DNA of 64,000 nt from Calditrichia bacterium (GCA_963796965.1 CAWCNS010000004.1:448001-512000), one strand, 5' to 3'; positions 10,663-22,532 are shown, counted from the first letter of the stretch. Notes: generated from the sequence alone by a model not told the origin. Numbers and translations: made by a program.

Positions 10663-13615
10663 ATGAAATTCAGAAAAAATGTCGCATTTTTTGCTATTTT
10701 TCTGTTTCTGCTATCCAATACAAACTCTTCTTTTGCGCAAAATCAAGACGAATTGTTACTGACCTTCCCTCTTCAATGGCAGTTTAGTTTGCCTGGTCAA
10801 CACATTATTTTGACCAGTGATCAACAGTTGCTGGATTTGCAGGATCCGGACAAAAAAATCAATATGAGTCTCGGGCTTGAAAAAAACTATAAGAGCCTGC
10901 GCGAAATCAGGGAAGCCGCCAGGCAAAAGGGATGCCGCACCGTAAAACTCGCCTTTGATAATTTTTTCCGTCAATATAGAAAAGATGGTGGGGATGAGCG
11001 CAAACTCTTACCGGATTCTGATGAATATATCCATAGAATTCAGAAAATAAGCAAGTTTTTGGATGAATATAATCTGGGACTCGAATTGAGTCTGTTGAGT
11101 CCTCTGGAGCTTGGACCGGCTTTCCAGAAGTATGGAGGCGAAAGCGGGCGTTGGGTTCAATATAAAACGGATTTGCGTGATCCCGAAACCGGGAAATTTA
11201 GTTTGATGTTTTGGGAACAACTCGCCTGGAGTAACAACAAGGGTAAAATTAATTTAAAACGAAGTGGAATTAGGGCCTTTGCCTATAAGGGTAAAACGAT
11301 TGCCATTGGTAGTTATGTGGTGGTAAATCCGAAAGATATAATTGAAATCACTTCCGGAGTCAAATTTGATGAATGGCCTGGAACAGAAAGTCCGGAAAAT
11401 GCGGGTTTCCGTTCCAGAAGAATTCGGGTGTACCATGAAGGTGAAACAGATTTAATGGGATATGACCGGGTTTTTGTTGTATTAAGTTACGAAACGCCGG
11501 AAATGGATTACTTTAGCCCTCTGGCGCAACCTTTTTTAAAAGAACTTCTTCAAAAATATTATGATGCCGGTATAAATCTGGATGGCTTGTATTCTGATGA
11601 AATGCACATTCAGCAGGACTGGAATTATTTCGGTCATCATGATAACGGCCAATTCAATTTGCGATATTTGACGGAGAATATGGCAAAAGAATATTCAAAT
11701 CTGTATAATGTCAGTTATCAAAACATGGACAAGTTAATGTTATACTTTGTCTTTGGTCCCCCAATTTATCAGAATAATACACGGGCCAGTCGTAACAGCC
11801 AGATTGTTATGGGGGAATCCCCGGCAGATATTCAACGAACATTCTTATTTCGTGATCGCTATTATAAAATGCTGAACAACCGGGTTGTAGATTTGTTTGT
11901 ATCCGCTAAACAATTTGCTGAGAAATTATATGGTAAAGATTTATTGACCCGGGCGCATGCCACCTGGGCGCAAAGTCCAACAATCGATCAGTGGGATGTG
12001 GGGTACTTGAATGCAAACAGGCATAAGTATGAGTATACGCCTAATTTTATATGGTCAAACACCGTTCATCAGGCGGCTTCTGCCTGCTATGATTATTTTA
12101 AATGGGGCGAATACCTTACCGGAAACGGAACAGATCATCCGGAAGGAGGATGGTCGGATCGTAATTATTATGGTTCAGCCCTGGCTTGTTCGTTTGGAAT
12201 TTTAAATAAATATCCAAATAGTTATAATGGGTTTTGGGGCATGCCGGCGCCTGTCAGGGAGCGCATCCATTCGATTGTAAGCGCCTATGGTGCCAATGCT
12301 ATGCCCACTATAAAATCAATCACTGAAAACGTACACCGCGATGTGGACGTACTCATGCTTTATCCTATGAACCTTGTAGCGTTTGAAGAGCGGTTTGGCA
12401 GTTGGATGGTACAATATGGCTATACCAATTATATCACTGCAGAGAAGCTTTTAGAAATGGGTCAGGTTCGGGAAGATGGCAAAATTCACATCGCAGGCCG
12501 GACTTTTACCACCTTAATTGCATTATTTGAGAATTTACCACAACCGGGGTTGTTGGAAATGATGGATAAGTTAGCCCTGAATGGTGGCAATGTGATCTGG
12601 TCCGGACCACCACCACTAATAGATGCCGCAGGAGAAGATTGCACAGCCAGGTGGCAGAAACTTTTTGGTGTGAATTACCAGCCATCGATTTTTCAAGGCG
12701 AAATAGCGGCCGGAAAAACCGTCACCTTTCATAACAGATTTTCATCAATTCCACCACAAACCATTCTTACGGATTTTATTGTAGATCGAATATATCCGGT
12801 TGAAGGCAATACGGGCAGCGAAATAATTGCAAAAGTGGAGGAGCAGGTAGTTGGTGCATCTCGTAAGCATGGCAAGGGCAGCACTTGCTACCTTGGATTC
12901 CGTCCACGTGATGATCAATCCGCATCCCTGGGAAGGGAGCAACGTACCTGGTTTGAAGTATTGAATTGGTTGGGCGCTTATGCACCAACTGGAAAATTTA
13001 CTGATGTTAATGATAATACCGAATATCTTTCCCGTACTACAGATTATTTATGTACCCGTTTTCCGAATGGTACAACTATTATTGCCCGTCATTATCGAAA
13101 CCATCAAGAAAGCTGGCCTGGTGGTTTTTCCCGGGATAAAGCACAAGATGAAGAAATCATTCGGCAAAATCCAATGCCACCCGATAATATTTCCCTTCAA
13201 AATTTCAAAGTAAATGGGCATGAGCTGGTTTATGACGGCCGGCTTATCCTGGCTTTTAATAGCGATCCGTCAGGTCATTTGATTGCTTTTGAAGGACATG
13301 ATTGTAATCAGATACGGATTGATGATGACACCTTTGTTTTTTCCAGAGAATCAACAAAAACATCTTGCCTGGGCGCCGGTTACTGCCAATCGCCAAATTC
13401 CAAACAAAGCATTTTTCCAAATTTACATCGATGGATCAGGTGAAATCACAATTCCACTCACAACATCTCGTAAAAATTTAATGCTCGTTACAGAAGGACC
13501 GATGCCCGGCTCGATGGGAGAAAAAGTAGATTTTATCTATGAAAACGAAAATCTGAAAATTCAGGCGAATGAACAGAGTACGCGACGCCGTTTATTTTTG
13601 GTGGGCTCAATTTAG
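10663..13615 (+). CDS. Large secreted protein of unknown function (possible glycoside hydrolase), frameshift near 13345
   Basis: Signal peptide and 926-aa ORF; the C-terminus continues in ORF 13283-13615. RBS aggag upstream. No family recognised with certainty. Confidence 0.6.
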
Positions 13616-13631
13616 TACATGACAATAAAAA

Positions 13632-13662
13632 TTTCTCGCAGAGCCGCAAAGCCGCAGAGAAA
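13632..13662. repeat. Solo left arm of a CGCAAAG-type element
   Basis: tttctcgcagag-ccgcaaag-ccgcagagaaa. Confidence 0.7.
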
Positions 13663-13734
13663 AAATTATTTATAAAATTTTAAGAAAAGAGATTTAATCC
13701 TCCAGGATTTAAAATACAGAAAATAGGAACATCT

Positions 13735-15525
13735 ATGTCGACAACTGATAGCAAGATTTACCAGGAGGTTGCAGCAGTCGTTGTGTACATTGTGTGTGTC
13801 ACCGTGCTGATCACATGCGTGTCGGCGAGTGACCAGCAAGGCAGTGCTTCAATCCACCTCGAGGCAGTCCATTCAAGTGTTCATGTAAGTCTTATAGGAT
13901 CGGTGGATGGGTCGGACTCCGTGTCGATATCCTGTGCGAGAAACGAAGTAGAATCATTCCAGGTTATCGTCAGTACACCGCATGGGAGGCTACACAAGGT
14001 AGATGCCTCGCTTTCTCTGCTCAAAAATCGCACCGGGAACACGATCCCAGCGGAGTGTATTGAACTGTTTAGCGGGGCGTTCGTGCCTGTCCGTATTCCT
14101 GATCCGCGATCCGACATGCAGCCGGGTATGTGGTCTGACGCCCTTGTACCACGGACAAATCCCTACACGGGCGAACCCGTTCAGGGTCCTAAATGGGGCA
14201 AGGCCGGTTTCACCGGTGAACGGTTTCGTGGCCGGTATTTCGATGTCTGGCAAAATCAGCAAAAGCCCCTCTGGGTTGATGTAAGCGTACCCAGGGATGC
14301 CGCACCGGGAATCTACACCGGCACATTTACAGTTTGGGCGGAGAACGCCGATACGGTCAATATTCCAGTAAAAATCGAGGTTTGGGATTTTGCTCTACCG
14401 GATGGGCCGACACTGGAGAACCACTTTGGCGGATTCAGCCGGGCAGCAGGCTTCTTTGGCCTAGCCCCCGATTCCGAGGAGTTCCTCCGAATTGAGGACC
14501 GCTTCATTGAGATGATGGTGGCCCACCGGATCAATCCTCCACTACCGCAGCGGTTTAATCCACAGATCGATGCAGATGGCAGTGTGCATTTCGATAAAGA
14601 CCTCGATGAGCGTATCAGCGCGTTCGTGGCCAGACATCACATGACGAATATCCAGATACCGGGGGCTCCCTTTCCTGACGTGCTGGGTGATGATCGGTCC
14701 AGAGCGGCCGCATTCTACCGTTCGTGGTATGCCTATCTTGAGCAGAAAGGGTGGGAGGAACGGGCCTATCTCTATATGTTTGATGAACCATTGAAACCAG
14801 ATGATTACGAGAAAATCCGGCGCCTGGGTGCATTTGTCGGAGAAGTGGAACCGAGACTTCGCCGGCTTGTCATTGAACAACCATACCCCCGACACCCCAA
14901 TTCAGGCACATTAGATGGTTCGTTGGACATCTGGTGTTCCTTGTTCGCTTACATCGACGAGGCCAGTATTCAGCGCGTTCAGCAGGCGGGTGACGAAGTA
15001 TGGTTGTACACCGCGCTCGTTCAGTCAATACCCAAATTCCATCCGAATTACAAGGCCATGAAACCTGACAGTCCTCCGTATTACAATGCCGTTAACGTGG
15101 ATAGACCCCCGTATTGGGAGATCGATTTCCCTCTTCTTAGCTACCGTATTGCGCCCTGGCTCAACCGTCGCTACGGAAGCACTGGTCTTCTGTACTGGTC
15201 AACCTGTTTCTGGGGGAGTCCGCCCCGGAATCCGTGGGATAATCCCACTTACGGGGACCATTGGAACGGCGAGGGAATGCTATTCTACCCTGGAACAGAA
15301 GCGGGCATCGATGGCCCTATCGCGTCCGTCCGGCTGAAGAACCTCCGAGATGGCATGGAGGACTACGAGTATTTCGTCCTATTGGAAAAACGCGGCGGTG
15401 GGGATATCGTTAAGGAGATCGTAATGCAGGCAGTGCCCACCTGGGGTTCCTGGGATCAGGACATACCTCGTTTGCTCGAACGACGCCGTGTACTTGCCCG
15501 GGAAATTCTGAAACGTGGCGATTAA
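13735..15525 (+). CDS. DUF4091-domain protein (GH123-like putative glycoside hydrolase)
   Basis: ARNEVESFQV, LWVDVSVP..AAPGIYTG, VWDFALP, YMFDEP, GLLYWS, G.LFYPG, SVRLKNLRDGMEDYEY. Confidence 0.75.
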   Translation: MSTTDSKIYQEVAAVVVYIVCVTVLITCVSASDQQGSASIHLEAVHSSVHVSLIGSVDGSDSVSISCARNEVESFQVIVSTPHGRLHKVDASLSLLKNRTGNTIPAECIELFSGAFVPVRIPDPRSDMQPGMWSDALVPRTNPYTGEPVQGPKWGKAGFTGERFRGRYFDVWQNQQKPLWVDVSVPRDAAPGIYTGTFTVWAENADTVNIPVKIEVWDFALPDGPTLENHFGGFSRAAGFFGLAPDSEEFLRIEDRFIEMMVAHRINPPLPQRFNPQIDADGSVHFDKDLDERISAFVARHHMTNIQIPGAPFPDVLGDDRSRAAAFYRSWYAYLEQKGWEERAYLYMFDEPLKPDDYEKIRRLGAFVGEVEPRLRRLVIEQPYPRHPNSGTLDGSLDIWCSLFAYIDEASIQRVQQAGDEVWLYTALVQSIPKFHPNYKAMKPDSPPYYNAVNVDRPPYWEIDFPLLSYRIAPWLNRRYGSTGLLYWSTCFWGSPPRNPWDNPTYGDHWNGEGMLFYPGTEAGIDGPIASVRLKNLRDGMEDYEYFVLLEKRGGGDIVKEIVMQAVPTWGSWDQDIPRLLERRRVLAREILKRGD

Positions 15526-15599
15526 TGCATCACCTTTTCGGATAGATAATTGGAAACGAATAATATATGGAAAAACATAAAATAGGAGGAAAAATTGTT

Positions 15600-17618
15600 A
15601 TGAAAAGATTTTTAACTGTATTATCACTTATCCTGATTGTTATATCCATTTCTAACCTTTACGCCGATGACTTGGAATGGTGGCGTGAAGCACGTTTAGG
15701 ATTGTTCATTCATTGGGGTTTGTACGCAGTGCCGGCTGGCGAATGGAGGGGTGAAAAAGATTATGCTGAATGGATTAGAGATAGGGCAGAAATTCCGATT
15801 GATGTATATAACCAATTCGCCAATCAATTCAATCCTGTCAAGTTTGATGCTGATGAATGGGTGCGCCTGGCAAAAGAAGCAGGAATGAAGTATATTGTAA
15901 TCACCTCTAAACACCACGACGGCTTTTGCCTGTTTGACTCAAAATACACAGATTTCGATATTATGTCCACGCCATTTAAGCGCGACATTTTGCGTGAACT
16001 TGCTGATGCAGCTGCCAAAGAAGGTATCAAATTATGTTGGTATTATTCCATCATGGACTGGCATCATCCCGATTATATTCCGCGTCGCAAGTGGGAAGAA
16101 AAAGAGAGGCCTTTAGGTAAGGCTGATTTTGATCGCTATGTAATGTATATGAATAATCAATTGTCAGAATTAGTAAATAACTATGGCGACATTGGTGTAC
16201 TATGGTTTGATGGGGAGTGGGAGGATTCATGGAATCACCAATATGGCAAGGCATTGTACTTTTATGTTAAGAACCTGCAACCGAACATCATAATCAACAA
16301 TCGTGTGGACAAAGGTCGGGCCGGTATGGCGGGATTAACGAAGGAGGGCAAATATCTCGGTGATTTTGGAACGCCGGAACAGGAGATACCAGGAACAGGA
16401 ATACCTGGCATAGACTGGGAAACCTGTATGACCATGAATGATCACTGGGGTTACAACAAAAACGATTTTAATTGGAAATCTACAAAAGATTTGCTACATA
16501 AATTGGCGGACATTGCCTCAAAAGGGGGTAATTTTTTACTCAATGTTGGTCCCACTGCCGAAGGCCTTTTTCCAAATGAGAGCATCACTCGCCTCCGCGG
16601 AATGGGTGATTGGATGGAAATAAACAGCGAATCAATTTACGGCACGCAGGCGAGTCCATTTAAAAATCTAAATTGGGGACGCTGCACGCAAAGAACTATT
16701 TACGGTGGTACTCGGCTATATCTGCATGTTTTTAATTGGCCAAATGATGGTAAACTTGTTGTACCCGGAATTTTAAACCAGGCAAATAGGGCCTACATGC
16801 TTGCTGATCCGCATCAAAGATTAGATATAAAACGTAATAATGATGCATTAGTCATTACTGTACCGGCAGAAGCGTCAGATGAGATTAATACGGTTGTAGT
16901 ATTGGATATAAACGGATCTCCAAATATTGTAGTGCCACCTGAAATTAAATCTGAAGCAAAAATTTTCAGGGATGAAATGAAGGTATCGATATCTGCAAAT
17001 AGTAATGATACAGAGATACGTTATACCCTTGATGGCTCAGAACCGATCAATGATTCACCCCTTTATCAGGATAAAATAGTTATTACAGAAACAACGATGT
17101 TATCCGCACGAATTTTTAGCGATGGCAAACCGCTAAGTGCAACCAGCAAAACTAATTTTGTAAAAGTGAACCCACCAATGGTTTCTAATTTTGGCACACC
17201 TGAACCAGGTCTTAAATATGATTATTATGAGGGTGATTGGAAGAAATTGCCTGATTTTAACAGATTGGTACCGATTAAATCAGGTATATCCTCTCATTTT
17301 GGCGTATCGTTAAAACTTAGAGATGATTATTACGGATTTGTATTTGGAGGTTATCTTTACATCCCAAAGACAGGAAATTATACCATAAGCACAATTTCTA
17401 ATGACGGTAGTAAACTCTATCTCAATAATAATCTACTCATTAATAATGACGGTGAGCATGGTATGAAGGAAGTGGAATCTGTTATAACTTTGCAAAAAGG
17501 ATTCCATCCTATCAAGGTTACATATTTTCAAACAGGAGCCGGGAATGATTTGAAAGTTACCATTCAGGGTGCCGGATTAGATAAACAGGAGATACCGGCG
17601 GTTATTCTTTTTCAATAA
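15600..17618 (+). CDS. Alpha-L-fucosidase GH29 with C-terminal chitobiase/Fn3-associated and PA14 domains
   Basis: ARLGLFIHWGLY, TSKHHDGFCLFDS, LWFDGEW, WETCMTMN, GGNFLLNVGP, IRYTLDGSEP, SNDGSKL..NDGEH. RBS aggagg precedes ATG 15600. Confidence 0.92.
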   Translation: MKRFLTVLSLILIVISISNLYADDLEWWREARLGLFIHWGLYAVPAGEWRGEKDYAEWIRDRAEIPIDVYNQFANQFNPVKFDADEWVRLAKEAGMKYIVITSKHHDGFCLFDSKYTDFDIMSTPFKRDILRELADAAAKEGIKLCWYYSIMDWHHPDYIPRRKWEEKERPLGKADFDRYVMYMNNQLSELVNNYGDIGVLWFDGEWEDSWNHQYGKALYFYVKNLQPNIIINNRVDKGRAGMAGLTKEGKYLGDFGTPEQEIPGTGIPGIDWETCMTMNDHWGYNKNDFNWKSTKDLLHKLADIASKGGNFLLNVGPTAEGLFPNESITRLRGMGDWMEINSESIYGTQASPFKNLNWGRCTQRTIYGGTRLYLHVFNWPNDGKLVVPGILNQANRAYMLADPHQRLDIKRNNDALVITVPAEASDEINTVVVLDINGSPNIVVPPEIKSEAKIFRDEMKVSISANSNDTEIRYTLDGSEPINDSPLYQDKIVITETTMLSARIFSDGKPLSATSKTNFVKVNPPMVSNFGTPEPGLKYDYYEGDWKKLPDFNRLVPIKSGISSHFGVSLKLRDDYYGFVFGGYLYIPKTGNYTISTISNDGSKLYLNNNLLINNDGEHGMKEVESVITLQKGFHPIKVTYFQTGAGNDLKVTIQGAGLDKQEIPAVILFQ

Positions 17619-17664
17619 TGAATTTAAATAATTTTATTTACAAATACTTAGGAGCGATATAAAC

Positions 17665-20600
17665 ATGTTGGTCCGAAATACTTTTAATTTATTCTATCAG
17701 TTGCTCTTAATGTTAATACTTTTTGTCACAGGGCTATATGCGAACCATGTCGAACGCTTTTGGAGCTATAAACTAGCCGGAAATAATATAGATGCGTCGG
17801 TAGCTATTGGTGACCTCGACCGCGATGGTTTCTCCGATATCGTTGCCGCCAGTACGGCAGGTATGGTTATTGCCCTGGATGGTTATGGTCGCGAAATCTG
17901 GAAAATTGGCATGGAGGAGAAAATATCGATTGCACCCACAGTAATGGATGTAACCGGTGATTCAGGACTTGAGGTCCTGGTATTAACTCAATCAGGAAAA
18001 ATCCATTGTCTGGAAGGTATGACCGGTGATCTGATTTGGGAGAACAGTTCCCTTGGAAAAATAAAATGGGCAAGCATGACCATTGTTACGGCAGATATCA
18101 ACCAGGATGGAAGCATTGAAATAATTTCTGGTGATTCTGAAGGAAAACTTTTATGTCTTAATGGTAACGGCAAAAAAATATGGGAGTATAATGAATCCGA
18201 AGGCATTGGATCCGCCCCGGCTGTGGGTGATCTTGATGGTGATGGTTTGGAGGAGATCATCATTGCCTCAGAAGAAACACCCTTAATATGTTTGAACCAC
18301 AATGGCGAGGTCCAATGGCGGTACAAACCTCAGGGGGAAGTGCTTGATTCAGGGCGAAAAAGAGAAGTAACCGCACCTGTGATCTGGGATATTAATGGAA
18401 ACGGAACTGCTGAAATCATTACCGGAATGGGGTTTAATCTTGTTGCAGTAGACAGCAAGGGAAAGTTAGTCTGGTCTATTCCTATAAAAAATAGAATAGA
18501 TAGTGCCATTTCCATTGCCGATGCGGACGGCGACGGAGAAGTTGAAATCTACGCTGTGGACCTATCGGGTAATCTGATAAGTGTAACCTCAGCAGGGAAA
18601 TCGAAATGGTCAGCAAACCTGGGAAGTCGTGCCCGCCGCTCGCCGACGATTGCTGATGTTGATGGGGATGGAATCGTTGAAATCCTCGTCGCTGGATATA
18701 GTAGTCAGATGCAAATTTTTGATCCGGATGGCAATATTGAGGAAGGGCTTTTAGTTAAAGGGGGCACAAATGCTGCTGCAACAATTACCGACCTATTAGG
18801 AGATGGTGGATTGTGTGCATTGATACCGGAACTTAGTGGCAATCTAGTGGTGTATCGTTGGACGCCCGTCGTTAAAAAGCCTGAAATCCTTTGGCCTGAG
18901 TACCGCGCCTGGGCTTCCCGAACGGCTGGAGAATATTCACAAAATAAAAGAAAAATTAGCAGTGATCTTATTACAGATGATCTCCGTAATAAGACGGTAA
19001 TCGATAAACAGTCTTTTATTGATAATTTATCCAAACTGAAGAAAAAACGGGACGAAATCAAAGAACTTATTCCCCAATTACCCGATAAGAAAGGTCTGCT
19101 TGAACGTGTATATTATTTGGATGCTGCTATTGAGCAGTCTCAAAATCCCGTTGAGAATGTATCTAACTTGACCCCCATTAAAAGAAGGGCATTGCGGGAT
19201 AATCTAAATGACATGAACATTGAGTTTCTCCGCTGGTTAAAAATAACAAAGCAAGCAGTTGCAACAGATAACATAATAGCTGCTTATGCTGCCAATCCCT
19301 GGGCACCTTTTGGTGGAATGGATGAAATTATTGAAGAACGTACACCTGGAGCAAAAATTTCTGTTGAAGCATTCCAGGGAGAGTTCGAATCTGCAGCAGT
19401 AAATCTATTTAATTTTAGTGGCAGCGCACGAACAATTCGGGTTTTGTTTGATGATTTCTCCGGTCCTAATGGGGCAGAATCGGTTTCCACGGATAAGGTA
19501 TTTACATTGTGCGAAACTATCGACGTTCCAACCCAGGATGGTGACCTATCGGCCGATGCTCTTCCGGAATTAAACTCAGGGAATCTTTTGGTCATTCCAG
19601 CCTGGGATGGAAGACAACTTTGGTTTACCATAAATACGTCAAGTCTCACACCGGGAATCTGGCGGGCCAAGATTCATCTCAAAAGTTTAGATATTCAATT
19701 TGTGGAAACAGAAGTTGAATTAATTATAAAGATTTGGGATATACCGCTGCCAAAAGAACAGCCACTAAATCTTTGTAACTGGAGTGGAACCCTACAGCCA
19801 GAAGGAACCTTTGACGATCAAATAGTTCACGGCACAAATGTGTTTACACGGACCGTTCCACCCAAAGCAACATTTGATGAATTAGGACAAGTAATAAATA
19901 TCGATTTTTCAGAACACGATAATTTTATGGCAGCCCATGCTTTAAAAGGGACAATTCTATTCCACAGTCTGGTATCTCTTACCGGTCCTTCGCCTGCCTT
20001 CTCTCCTGCGTGGTTAAAAGCATACCGTAGTTTTATTCCAGTCTGGATTGTGCATTTAAATGAGTTGGGATATGGATATGAAAATTTTGCCTTTTACCCG
20101 GTTGACGAACCGGGCCTGGAGCATGGAAAAAATCTAAACAGATTTATGAAATGGGCAAAACTTGTCCGTGAATGCGATCCAAAGATCCGGATTTATGCTA
20201 ATCCGGTTGCGCTTATTACCATGAAACAACTTGAGGAAATGGTGCCCTATGTTGATATCTGGGCACCCATGCAGACTCAAATCTTTCCGAAGGAAAAACT
20301 GGAATTTATCCACTCCACAAAAACGCATTGGTGGAATTATGATTGTGCTGACAATGCCAAACATTTGTCACCCCTCGCGTATTACCGTGGTCAAGCCTGG
20401 ATGTGTTGGCATTTTGGACATACGGGAATTGGATTTTATACGTATTACCGGGGGCCTGATTTTTGGTTTCAACCAGAATCAGGTTTTGAATATGCGATGA
20501 TCTATAAAGGAAGGGGTGTTGTTACCAGTAAACGCTGGGAAGCTGTACGCGATGGTGTTGAAGATTATACTTTGTTACATGCCTTGAAAATGTTGGTGGA

Positions 20601-20829
20601 AGGGGCTGAGGAAGCCGGGGCAAAATCTGATCTGGTAGAGAAATCCCGAGAAGTCCTTAATAAAAAAGTTGCAGCCATCGTGAATTATTCCGATGAGCCC
20701 AAACTAAATTCGTTGTATAGCGATACGCCTGAAAGGCAGGCCAACTCCAGAACTCTTGCTGATAAACGCTGGGAGATGATTCTTAATATTCGGAGAGATA
20801 TGGCCGGGTTGTTTTATCTCTTACAATAA
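17665..20829 (+). CDS. FG-GAP/VCBS beta-propeller fused to a DUF4091/GH123-like domain
   Basis: Repeated DLDGDG/DADGDG/DVDGDG motifs in the N-terminal 400 aa; C-terminal GEFESAA, YPVDEP, SKRWEAVRDGVEDY. Confidence 0.75.
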   Translation: MLVRNTFNLFYQLLLMLILFVTGLYANHVERFWSYKLAGNNIDASVAIGDLDRDGFSDIVAASTAGMVIALDGYGREIWKIGMEEKISIAPTVMDVTGDSGLEVLVLTQSGKIHCLEGMTGDLIWENSSLGKIKWASMTIVTADINQDGSIEIISGDSEGKLLCLNGNGKKIWEYNESEGIGSAPAVGDLDGDGLEEIIIASEETPLICLNHNGEVQWRYKPQGEVLDSGRKREVTAPVIWDINGNGTAEIITGMGFNLVAVDSKGKLVWSIPIKNRIDSAISIADADGDGEVEIYAVDLSGNLISVTSAGKSKWSANLGSRARRSPTIADVDGDGIVEILVAGYSSQMQIFDPDGNIEEGLLVKGGTNAAATITDLLGDGGLCALIPELSGNLVVYRWTPVVKKPEILWPEYRAWASRTAGEYSQNKRKISSDLITDDLRNKTVIDKQSFIDNLSKLKKKRDEIKELIPQLPDKKGLLERVYYLDAAIEQSQNPVENVSNLTPIKRRALRDNLNDMNIEFLRWLKITKQAVATDNIIAAYAANPWAPFGGMDEIIEERTPGAKISVEAFQGEFESAAVNLFNFSGSARTIRVLFDDFSGPNGAESVSTDKVFTLCETIDVPTQDGDLSADALPELNSGNLLVIPAWDGRQLWFTINTSSLTPGIWRAKIHLKSLDIQFVETEVELIIKIWDIPLPKEQPLNLCNWSGTLQPEGTFDDQIVHGTNVFTRTVPPKATFDELGQVINIDFSEHDNFMAAHALKGTILFHSLVSLTGPSPAFSPAWLKAYRSFIPVWIVHLNELGYGYENFAFYPVDEPGLEHGKNLNRFMKWAKLVRECDPKIRIYANPVALITMKQLEEMVPYVDIWAPMQTQIFPKEKLEFIHSTKTHWWNYDCADNAKHLSPLAYYRGQAWMCWHFGHTGIGFYTYYRGPDFWFQPESGFEYAMIYKGRGVVTSKRWEAVRDGVEDYTLLHALKMLVEGAEEAGAKSDLVEKSREVLNKKVAAIVNYSDEPKLNSLYSDTPERQANSRTLADKRWEMILNIRRDMAGLFYLLQ

Positions 20830-21128
20830 AATTAACACGCTGGTTGGATAGTAAAAAGTGGTAATGCATTTCAATATGCCACAAAATTCCACTGTCCATT
20901 TACTATGAATATATTTATACTTAAGTTTTATTGATTTGAGTGAAATTAAGATTAATGAAGATATCAAGTTTGGTGTAAGAATCCTTAAATAGTAATAGTG
21001 TAATTAATATATCCGCACTGCTTCTAAATCCCTGTGTTTTCCAATTATTAAAGATAGCGCGCTGTTGGTCTGCAAGAAAAATAAATAATCGGCTCTTAAT
21101 AACGTATTAAAATAATTAATTCACAAAC

Positions 21129-22388
21129 ATGGAGGTATTTGTTTTGCAAAGGTTCTTAATAATTATTATGCTCATGTCTGCTTCGTTGTCTGCCCAAACC
21201 AAAGACAAAGAGAAGGACAAAGCCACATTTGGAGTTAAATTTTTCGGGTTTGTAAAAACAGACGTCATTTATGACAGCAGGCAAACTATTGCTGCACGTG
21301 ATGGTCAATTTTTATTATATCCGGATAAGGAAATTCTGGATCAAAACGGCAAAGATATTAATGCTGTTCCTAATTTTAATATGTTGTCTCTTCAAACACG
21401 TCTTTCAGTTGCCCTCACTGCTCCGGATGTCTTCGGTGCAAAAACATCAGGCCTAGTCGAAGGATCCTTTTTTGGTCAAACTGACGGCGATTTAAACGGT
21501 TTTCGACTGCGACATGCTTTCCTGAAACTGACTTGGGAAAAATCCTCTCTCCTCATTGGCCAATACTGGCATCCCATGTTTATAACTGAATCGTTTCCGG
21601 GAACTGTATCTTTTAATACGGGTGTTCCTTTTCAACCATTCTCAAGAAATCCACAAATCAGTTTTATGTATGGAATTGATGATCTTTATCTAAGCGTAAC
21701 AGCGGCAACCCAGGCGGATTTTCTGAGTACCGGACCGATAGGCGGTTCATCTTCTTATCTAAGAAATGCCAGCTTACCTATTTTAAATCTTACCATGAAA
21801 TATAAGGTTAAATCATTCTTGGTCGGTGCAGGTGTTAATCATAAAACATTATTGCCACGTTTAGAGGAAACTAATGCTTCAGGAGAAAAATATAAGGCAG
21901 ACACTAAAATAAGCAGTACGTCCGCTATGGGTTTTGCAAAAGTAGTAATCAATGACTTGACTATAAAAGCGGAAGGGATCTATGCTGACAACGCAACAGA
22001 TCTACTCATGCTTGGCGGATATGCGGTATCCGATACCACGCTGGATGGCAATGGTTTTGTGTCAGAGTATACCGGGATTAAAACCCTATCTGCATGGACA
22101 GAATTGATTTACGGAAAAGCGCTGCAATTTGGATTATTTGCCGGTTATACTAAAAATCTAGGGGCTGATGAAAATATTAAGGGTTCCTATTATAGCAGGG
22201 GGAAAGATATTGCTAATGTGATGCGTATTTCACCCCGTGTGCAGTATTCTATTGGTAAAACACGTTTTGCCTTGGAATTTGAATATACAACGGCTGATTA
22301 TGGTACACCTGATTTAAAAGGTGTTGTCGAAAATACAACCACTGTTGCTAATATGAGATTATTATTTGCTGCATATTTATTTTTCTAA
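21129..22388 (+). CDS. DcaP-like outer-membrane porin
   Basis: GFVKTD..YDSRQ, FRLRHAF, LLIGQYWHP, RNPQ; amphipathic beta-strands; C-terminal Phe; lies upstream of an ActP-like symporter. Confidence 0.7.
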   Translation: MEVFVLQRFLIIIMLMSASLSAQTKDKEKDKATFGVKFFGFVKTDVIYDSRQTIAARDGQFLLYPDKEILDQNGKDINAVPNFNMLSLQTRLSVALTAPDVFGAKTSGLVEGSFFGQTDGDLNGFRLRHAFLKLTWEKSSLLIGQYWHPMFITESFPGTVSFNTGVPFQPFSRNPQISFMYGIDDLYLSVTAATQADFLSTGPIGGSSSYLRNASLPILNLTMKYKVKSFLVGAGVNHKTLLPRLEETNASGEKYKADTKISSTSAMGFAKVVINDLTIKAEGIYADNATDLLMLGGYAVSDTTLDGNGFVSEYTGIKTLSAWTELIYGKALQFGLFAGYTKNLGADENIKGSYYSRGKDIANVMRISPRVQYSIGKTRFALEFEYTTADYGTPDLKGVVENTTTVANMRLLFAAYLFF

Positions 22389-22532
22389 ACTGAAACGCGC
22401 ATATTTTAATGATAATATATGTATTCAAATATTTAAGATAATTAGGGTAAAAAACTATCATATGATACTAACTATTAATGATGATTAAATGAATTTAGTT
22501 ACCTTCTTTTTACATTATTTTGAGAGGAAATT

